A stretch of DNA of 30,845 nt. Source: Candidatus Nomurabacteria bacterium CG_4_9_14_0_2_um_filter_32_10. Lineage in GTDB: Bacteria; Patescibacteriota; Minisyncoccia; Phycocordibacterales; UBA9973. The stretch lies in assembly GCA_002788475.1 (NCBI GenBank), contig PFRK01000037.1, positions 1-30,845 on the forward strand, written 5' to 3'. Shown in pieces: positions 25,094-30,845 of this stretch. The notes beneath the pieces were generated by a model. That model made no database searches. It saw nothing but the letters and a program-made list of their open reading frames with translations, and had not been told where the DNA came from. Both the position numbers and the translations under genes were made by a program. How positions within the stretch are numbered: the first letter of the stretch is position 1; each line of letters opens with the position of its first letter.

Positions 25094-26976
25094 AATATAA
25101 TATCAATCAAAAAATAAAATTAGCATTTTGGATAATATCTGCTGTTATTATCGGTATATTTTTTTCATCTCTCATTTTTAAAAATATAAAATATGAAAAA
25201 ATAATAAATCCAAGTGAAAATATAGCGATAGCCATAGAATCTTTAACCTCACAAGAAACGACACCAAAATATTTTTATTTTATAAAAGATCAAAATAAAA
25301 AACCAAAAGTTTCAGCTTCTGCTTATTTAGTTGGCGATTTAGACACAGGGGAAATTATTCTGACAAAAAATCAAGAAAAAGAATTTCCACTAGCTTCAGT
25401 TTCTAAACTTATGACTGCTTATGTAGCAACAGAATTAATGGATGAAAATAATATAGCTCAAGTCTCAAAAAAGGCATTGTCTACTTATGGAGAAAATGGT
25501 AATTTCAAAATCGGAGAAAAAATAAAAATCTCAGATCTTATATATCCCCTACTTTTAGAATCAAGTAATGATGCTGCAGAAATAATAGCCGAGTATTTCG
25601 ATAGAGATACTTTTATAAAAAAAATGAATCAGGCGGTAGAAAAAATAGAATTATCTAAAACTTTCTTCGATGATCCAAGTGGGCTTTCAGAAAAAAATAA
25701 ATCAACTGTTTTCGATATGTTTAAGCTAGCGGGATATTTAAATCAAAAAAATCCAGATTTATTCAAAACAACTACGAATCGTAGCTATTCTAATAAAAAA
25801 CACAACTGGTTTAGTAATAATCAATTTTTGCGGGAAGAAGGATATTTAGGTGGTAAAAGTGGATATACGGATCCTGCTCTACAAACAGTAATTTCTCTCT
25901 TTTCGGTACCTCTTTCAGAAACTGGAACACGTAATATAGCTATTACACTCTTGCAAAGTAAAGATCGTTACAAGGATGTAGAAAGTATTTTAAAATATTT
26001 AAATAAAAATATATATTATGGTGGAGAAGCTGATGCTAATACTCTATGGGTAAAAGAAAAAGCTGGTATACCTGAAATTAAAGATCCTGACTTCGTAACT
26101 CTCCTTTTTGGTGGAGACATAATGCTTGATCGTGGAGTCAAAAATTCTGTGAATAAAAACTTTAATAAAGATTATCTAGCACTTTTTGAAAAGTTAAACA
26201 TCTTAAAAAAATCTGATATTACTTTTGCTAATTTAGAAGGCCCAGCATCTGATCTAGGTAAAGATATGCGTAATTTATATTCATTTAGAATGGACTCTTC
26301 CATTATACCGGCTCTCAAAGGAGCAGGATTTTCTGTTGTTTCAATCGCAAATAATCACGTCGGAGACTGGGGGCGTGAAGCTTATGCTGATACATTAATG
26401 AGATTAAAGGAAAATGAAATTTCATATACAGGTGGAGGTATAAATGCAAATGAAGTAGAAACACCAGTAATTATAGAAAAATATGGGATCAAAATAGGAT
26501 ATTTAGGATTCTCTGATGTCGGTCCTGTATGGATGAAAGCAACCGAAGATCAAGCTGGCATACTACTAGCAAGTAACCCACGTTTTGATGAAATAATACA
26601 AAATGCTTCAAAACAAGTTGACCATCTAATAATTTCATTCCATTTCGGAGATGAATATAAAACTAAACATAACACTAGACAAGAATATCTAGCACATAAA
26701 GCGATAGATGCTGGAGCAAAAATAGTAATTGGGCATCATCCTCATGTGATAGAAGATATAGAAGTTTATAAAAATGGTTTTATAGCTTATTCATTAGGCA
26801 ACTTTATTTTTGATCAAGGTTTTTCAACAAATACAATGGAAGGGATGCTTCTTGAAATGAAATTAAATAAACTTGGAGAAATAACTATAAAGAAAAATAT
26901 AGTCAAACTAAATAAATTTTTTCAACCAGATAAAGTAATTATCGGTAAAGAAGAAAAAATAATTTTTAAGAAATAA
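25090..26976 (+). CDS. Fusion of S11 D-Ala-D-Ala carboxypeptidase and CapA (PGA_cap) domain
   Basis: SxxK (SVSK), SxN (SSN) and KSG motifs, then GGDIMLDR, NLEG, ANNH, GHHPH and YSLGNFIF. ATGA overlap with the rnr stop. Confidence 0.9.
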   Translation: MKYNINQKIKLAFWIISAVIIGIFFSSLIFKNIKYEKIINPSENIAIAIESLTSQETTPKYFYFIKDQNKKPKVSASAYLVGDLDTGEIILTKNQEKEFPLASVSKLMTAYVATELMDENNIAQVSKKALSTYGENGNFKIGEKIKISDLIYPLLLESSNDAAEIIAEYFDRDTFIKKMNQAVEKIELSKTFFDDPSGLSEKNKSTVFDMFKLAGYLNQKNPDLFKTTTNRSYSNKKHNWFSNNQFLREEGYLGGKSGYTDPALQTVISLFSVPLSETGTRNIAITLLQSKDRYKDVESILKYLNKNIYYGGEADANTLWVKEKAGIPEIKDPDFVTLLFGGDIMLDRGVKNSVNKNFNKDYLALFEKLNILKKSDITFANLEGPASDLGKDMRNLYSFRMDSSIIPALKGAGFSVVSIANNHVGDWGREAYADTLMRLKENEISYTGGGINANEVETPVIIEKYGIKIGYLGFSDVGPVWMKATEDQAGILLASNPRFDEIIQNASKQVDHLIISFHFGDEYKTKHNTRQEYLAHKAIDAGAKIVIGHHPHVIEDIEVYKNGFIAYSLGNFIFDQGFSTNTMEGMLLEMKLNKLGEITIKKNIVKLNKFFQPDKVIIGKEEKIIFKK

Positions 26977-27035
26977 AAGTAAAACAAAAAATCAAACAAC
27001 GTTATGTTATGTGTTTTTCTTTTATTATAAATTTA

Positions 27036-27377
27036 TTATCCTTTCCACGCAGACATTATAAAAAGCAAAATAAGTATCATAGGTACAAAAACAAATAATA
27101 TAATTAATAAAAAAGAAATACCAACTACTTTGGAAGTCTTTTTTAGGGCACTATTTTCTTGTCCAGGTAATATTATGCCTTTTTTTTCCAATCTGATGTT
27201 TCGTATTCCACGAATAAATAAAAGTATTCCATATAACAAAAGTAATATAAATGGTAAAATAACCAAAAGTTCCCAAAAGTTTGTCGGTATTTTTGTATTT
27301 ATTAGTGAAAAAACTCCAAAAAAAGTAAGAATCATTCCAATTAATATAAAAACCTCATTTTTATAATCTTTTTTCAT
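27036..27377 (-). CDS. Small multi-TM hypothetical protein
   Basis: 113 aa with three hydrophobic segments. Confidence 0.6.
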   Translation of the reverse strand: MKKDYKNEVFILIGMILTFFGVFSLINTKIPTNFWELLVILPFILLLLYGILLFIRGIRNIRLEKKGIILPGQENSALKKTSKVVGISFLLIILFVFVPMILILLFIMSAWKG

Positions 27378-27457
27378 AATAATATTATTAAATTAATAAT
27401 TACCCTTTACTTTTTTATCATATCATATATATTCAAAGTTAATCATTAAAAATTACA

Positions 27458-27479
27458 CATTTAAGCCATGGCTGATATG
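27458..27479. repeat. CCATGG-centred palindrome downstream of the cas2-like gene
   Basis: Perfect core agccatggct (27464-27473) with imperfect cat...atg extension. Confidence 0.5.
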
Positions 27480-27490
27480 AGGATAAATGG

Positions 27491-27871
27491 CTATAATTTC
27501 TTTATATAAGATTTTGCTAGTTTAAATGTCTTGCAGTTATCTCCTATTTTTATTTCTTTTAAGTAATCTAAAAAGTCTTTTGGTAATGGAGAAGGCCCTA
27601 CCCAAACACTTTTTTGAATCATTATATAACCAAACTTTATTAGTTGTCTTCGAAACCAATCTCTTTCTTTCTTTTTATCAGATGGAATGTCATACATCAC
27701 AATCAAATTTTTAGAAGAATCTTTATTAAAAGGAGAAATAAAGGTAACATTATAGAAAGTCCTCTTTCTATTTTCTTTTTTTGCACGACTTTTTCTCCCT
27801 TCTGAAAAAATCGGAATACCAAAAGAATTTACTTCTATCCCTTTATAAAATAATCTCTTTTTTGAATTCAT
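27491..27871 (-). CDS. Solo Cas2-like / PaaX-central-domain protein
   Basis: LIVMYDIP...ERDWFRRQL..FGYIMIQKSVW matches the Cas2/VapD/PaaX ferredoxin-fold pattern (YDI and QxSV). No cas1 and no array in the window. Confidence 0.8.
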   Translation of the reverse strand: MNSKKRLFYKGIEVNSFGIPIFSEGRKSRAKKENRKRTFYNVTFISPFNKDSSKNLIVMYDIPSDKKKERDWFRRQLIKFGYIMIQKSVWVGPSPLPKDFLDYLKEIKIGDNCKTFKLAKSYIKKL

Positions 27872-27878
27872 ATAAAAA

Positions 27879-27887
27879 ACTATATCA
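27879..27887 (-). promoter_or_regulatory. Extended -10 (TGATATAGT) 7 nt before the cas2-like ATG
   Basis: TGn + TAnnnT. Confidence 0.5.
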
Positions 27888-27889
27888 CA

Positions 27890-27925
27890 AAATCCCCATA
27901 TACACCATGGCGTATATGGGGATTT
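27890..27925. repeat. 36-bp CCATGG-centred palindrome upstream of the cas2-like gene
   Basis: aaatccccatatacaccatggcgtatatggggattt, 17 of 18 pairs matched. Confidence 0.9.
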
Positions 27926-27951
27926 ATTACAATTCTTTTACAACTTCCTAT

Positions 27952-30258
27952 TTATTTTGCAATAGCTACTGCATCGTCTAATTTGACAGAAAGAAGCTTG
28001 GAAGATCCATCATTCCCTATAGTTACCCCATATAACGTACCAGCACGAGACATTGTCTCACGATTATGAGTGACAACAATAAGCTGAGAGGCCCCTGAGA
28101 GTTTTTCTAACATATCTCCATATTTGCGAGAATTTGATTCATCCAAAGCAGCATCCGTTTCATCAAGAACTAAGAATGGTGGTGGATTTACTTGTGACAT
28201 AGCAAAAAGAAGAGCAATAGATGTGAGTGATCTTTCCCCTCCTGAGAGTGCATTTAATTCTTTTACTTTTTTATGTGGGAGAGAAACATTTATCTCAATA
28301 CCCTGTTCAAAAACAATTTCATCTTCATCTCCTTCCTCTCCTTCTTCTTCCTTTCCTCTCTTCTTTTTATTTTCAGTTGTAACAGAGAGAAAGCCTGTTC
28401 CACCATCAAACATTAATGAGAAAAATTTATCAAATTCTATATTTATTTTTTTAATACCTTCTTTAAACTCTACATCAATTTTTTCTTTCAAATCCACCAT
28501 AAGTGTACGAAGTGACTCTATACTTACGACTAAATCTTCCATTTCTTTTGCCAAAAAATTATCTCTCTCTGAAACTTCTTCAAACTCTTTTATTATCTCA
28601 GACCCACCACCCAAACCAACATCTTCCAATTTTATCTTAATGCGTTCGATTTTTCGTCTTAACTCCTCCTGTTCTATTCTGTTTATTATGACCTCTCCGC
28701 CAAAGGCGGATCCGCCTTCAGTGGAAAAATTTTTGTAAGTTAATATCTCACTGCCAATAAGTATTTCACCTTCTTTTATCTCATTTTTAAAGGCTTCTGA
28801 TTCTTTTGATAAAGACTCCTCTTTTATCGATATGAGCCCCAAAGAAGAAGATAATTCTTGCTGTTTAACCCTAAAATTAAACTTTTCTTTTTCTTTTAAA
28901 TGTAAAGCCTCATTTTCTTGGTTAATCTCTTTTTTTAATATTTCTATTTTTTCAAAAATTTTCTTTTCTTCATCTGTAATATTTTGCATTTCAAGCAAAA
29001 TTTCTTGCTGATTCTTTTTTAACTCAGAATTCTCTGAAAATATAGTTTCTGAATGGTCTGGCTGGGATAGGGACCCAGAGAACCGAGAACCTGAAGAAAT
29101 TATATTTCCAGAGAATTCTTTTAAAATATTCTGAATTCTCAAAAGAATAATCTTGATTTCTGCTGCACTATCTTCTACAATAGCTATTTCTATTTCAGAA
29201 TTAATTTCATCAAATATAGCCTTTATTTCTTCAGGGTTTTTTATCGAAACTTCTGGAATTTTTTCACTTCTCCTCTCTTCCATTTCTATCATTCCTTCGA
29301 TTCTTCCCAATTTACGTTCTATTTCATTCTTAACATTACGAATTTCACTTATTTTTTTCTCAAAGATTTTTAATTCTTTTTCCCCGCCTACATCGCTATG
29401 CATAGCATTGTAGGCAGGTTTTTCATTTTCTTCTATATCTGAAATGTTTTTATTTATATCTCCTAATTCTATCTCTATTTTGCTCTTTTCACTAAGTAAA
29501 CTGGACTGCTCTTTTTCTAAATAAATACTTTCTTTCTTTAAATATTCTTTATATAAAGATAAAAGTGACACCTGCATTTCTTTTGCTTTCTCAAATTTAT
29601 CTACTTGTTTTTTTAAAAAATTCAAATGTGGAGCATTTTCTCGACGTAAAAGAGAGACCTCCTTCATATTATTAGTAGTCCTTTCTAGTTTACGTTGTGC
29701 TTCTTTTATTTTATATTGGTAAATTTTAAGTCCAAGAGCATCTTCTACCATCTCTCTCCTATCTCTAGGAGATGCATTCAATATCCTATCTGCTTCACCT
29801 TGGGAAATGATGTGATGCCCAGAAGAACCAATATTAACTGATGATAAAAGATTATTAATATCTTTTAATCTCACCTCCGAGCCATTCAAAATGTATTTAT
29901 TTAACCCATCAGAAAAAACTTCACGAGAAATTGAGATGACATCGTAATTTAAATTAAAATTTTCACCTGTTTCATTAGAAAGTTTAAAAACTTTATCAGA
30001 GTTATCAAAATATATCGTAACAACTGCACGTGAACTTTTTGGCAAATTTTTAGATCCTTTAAAAATTAAATCAGATCCTGATGTTCCACGCATTGACTTC
30101 ATTGATTGTTCTCCTAAAACAAAGCGAAGTGCTTCTACAACATTTGACTTACCAGATCCATTTGGACCTACTATAGAAATAATAGGATTCTGGAATTCCA
30201 AAATTATTTTTTTTGAAAAAGATTTAAAACCATTAATTTCAAGATTCTTTAATCGCAT
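27952..30258 (-). CDS. smc: Short SMC-family ATPase (768 aa)
   Basis: GPNGSGKSN Walker A, LSGGE signature, FLVLDETDAALD Walker B/D-loop and VVTHN; adjacent to rnc. Confidence 0.9.
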   Translation of the reverse strand: MRLKNLEINGFKSFSKKIILEFQNPIISIVGPNGSGKSNVVEALRFVLGEQSMKSMRGTSGSDLIFKGSKNLPKSSRAVVTIYFDNSDKVFKLSNETGENFNLNYDVISISREVFSDGLNKYILNGSEVRLKDINNLLSSVNIGSSGHHIISQGEADRILNASPRDRREMVEDALGLKIYQYKIKEAQRKLERTTNNMKEVSLLRRENAPHLNFLKKQVDKFEKAKEMQVSLLSLYKEYLKKESIYLEKEQSSLLSEKSKIEIELGDINKNISDIEENEKPAYNAMHSDVGGEKELKIFEKKISEIRNVKNEIERKLGRIEGMIEMEERRSEKIPEVSIKNPEEIKAIFDEINSEIEIAIVEDSAAEIKIILLRIQNILKEFSGNIISSGSRFSGSLSQPDHSETIFSENSELKKNQQEILLEMQNITDEEKKIFEKIEILKKEINQENEALHLKEKEKFNFRVKQQELSSSLGLISIKEESLSKESEAFKNEIKEGEILIGSEILTYKNFSTEGGSAFGGEVIINRIEQEELRRKIERIKIKLEDVGLGGGSEIIKEFEEVSERDNFLAKEMEDLVVSIESLRTLMVDLKEKIDVEFKEGIKKINIEFDKFFSLMFDGGTGFLSVTTENKKKRGKEEEGEEGDEDEIVFEQGIEINVSLPHKKVKELNALSGGERSLTSIALLFAMSQVNPPPFLVLDETDAALDESNSRKYGDMLEKLSGASQLIVVTHNRETMSRAGTLYGVTIGNDGSSKLLSVKLDDAVAIAK
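28696..28725. repeat. Family A 30-bp insert in smc (STEGGSAFGG)
   Basis: tccgccaaaggcggatccgccttcagtgga. Confidence 0.9.
29026..29119. repeat. Inverted-repeat-bounded segment inside smc
   Basis: 29026-29050 pairs with 29095-29119 (23/25); GC-rich core with ctggg/cccag hairpin and gagaacc x2. Confidence 0.55.
29383..29418. repeat. 36-bp palindromic insert in smc (PAYNAMHSDVGG)
   Basis: 15 of 18 pairs matched, centred on ATGCAT; ends are CCTGCC/GGCGGG on the coding strand; exactly 12 codons. Confidence 0.9.
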
Positions 30259-30324
30259 CCCAGTACTAAAATTTTATTAATAACATTCATCATTATACCC
30301 CGTAATCAAAAATTTAGTACGGGA
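30258..30324. repeat. Three-half-site CCCGTA/TACGGG element at the rnc-smc junction
   Basis: 30258-30275 pairs with 30309-30324 (16 bp, 2 bulges); local hairpin 30299-30304/30318-30323. Confidence 0.55.
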
Positions 30325-30330
30325 CAAGTA

Positions 30331-30845
30331 TTATTCTAACCAATTTTTTACTTTTAATGCCATTTCAGCTGCTTTTTGTTCTGCCTCTTGTTTTGATTTA
30401 CCTTTACCTTCAGCAATTAAATTAGAACCAAAATAAATACCCACTGTAAAATATTTATCATGGTCAGGGCCTGATTCGTGTAAAACCTTATAAAGAGGTG
30501 TAACCTGAACGAATTCTTGTGCTTTTTCTTGAACTAAACTCTTTGCGTCACGCCAAAGTTTTTTAGAAACAATTTCTTTCGTATGTGGTAAAAGAGTTGT
30601 CTTTACAAATTTATCTACAACATTATAACCTTGATCTAAATAAACCGCTCCAATATATGCCTCATATGTATTAGCTAAAATATATTGTCTAGCCTTACCA
30701 TTATCTTTAGCTTCACCTTTAGACAAAAGTAAATAATCATTCATCCCTATTCTTAAAGCAACTTCAGAAATGATAATAGCATTCACTAAGGCCGAACGAA
30801 TCGCGGTCAATTCTCCTTCTGTATAGTTTGGATATTTTTTATAAA
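30331..30845 (-). CDS. rnc: Ribonuclease III (partial, 5' end beyond the window)
   Basis: The frame is open to the window edge (YKKYPNYTEGELTAIRSALVN); LANTYEAYIGAVYLDQG catalytic motif and C-terminal dsRBD (GPDHDKYF, GKSKQEAEQ). Confidence 0.97.
   Translation of the reverse strand, partial: YKKYPNYTEGELTAIRSALVNAIIISEVALRIGMNDYLLLSKGEAKDNGKARQYILANTYEAYIGAVYLDQGYNVVDKFVKTTLLPHTKEIVSKKLWRDAKSLVQEKAQEFVQVTPLYKVLHESGPDHDKYFTVGIYFGSNLIAEGKGKSKQEAEQKAAEMALKVKNWLE

Noticed and set aside
26973-27025. 14-bp AT-rich inverted repeat between convergent genes
   Set aside because: Low complexity; at most an ordinary bidirectional terminator.
27377-27952. CRISPR array near the cas2-like gene
   Set aside because: No regularly spaced direct repeats with unique spacers were seen here or elsewhere in the window, and there is no cas1.
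1237-29413. Short opposite-strand or alternate-frame ORFs (e.g. 1237..1440, 5464..5784, 9857..10168, 12282..12590, 12726..12932, 17888..18178, 21507..21761, 23590..23838, 27781..27981, 28124..28738, 29153..29413)
   Set aside because: They overlap well-supported genes or hairpins and have no recognisable motifs. Shared peptides such as PPEADPP only reflect the palindromes read in another frame.
1-30845. Alternative genetic code (TGA=Gly), tRNA or rRNA genes
   Set aside because: Conserved genes are full length under code 11 with TGA used as a stop, and no cloverleaf with canonical D/T loops or rRNA-like sequence was recognised.

Overview
AT-rich bacterial chromosomal window read with genetic code 11 (TGA terminates genes, e.g. 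4286-4288 and 25091-25093). The compact RpoB, short RNase R and SMC, Lys-rich N-terminal tails and solo Cas2/PaaX-like gene suggest a Patescibacteria (CPR, Parcubacteria-like) genome; that assignment is inference. From left to right it holds a CsoR-controlled copper cluster (cupredoxin, HMA-TauE/DsbD, Cys-motif protein, CcdA-like, DUF1573, DUF302, SHOCT, copA, csoR), a GT2/thioredoxin-like pair and DUF378. These are followed by rpsP-khpA-trmD-rpoB-rpoC-dnaG-rpoD on the minus strand, a pilin-like gene, rnr, a DD-carboxypeptidase-CapA fusion, a solo cas2-like gene, a short smc and a partial rnc. The most striking signal is non-genic. About a dozen short, mostly GC-rich palindromic or repeat-derived segments of 18-42 bp sit in frame inside mostly essential genes (rpoB, rpoD, dnaG, rnr, smc, TauE-like). 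All span whole numbers of codons, and related copies occur in intergenic DNA. Other signals are two homologous long hairpins with a conserved 45-nt loop, a three-half-site motif at three gene junctions, and CCATGG-centred palindromes on both sides of the cas2-like gene. No rRNA, tRNA, CRISPR array or transposase was recognised. All alignments and folds were done by eye.
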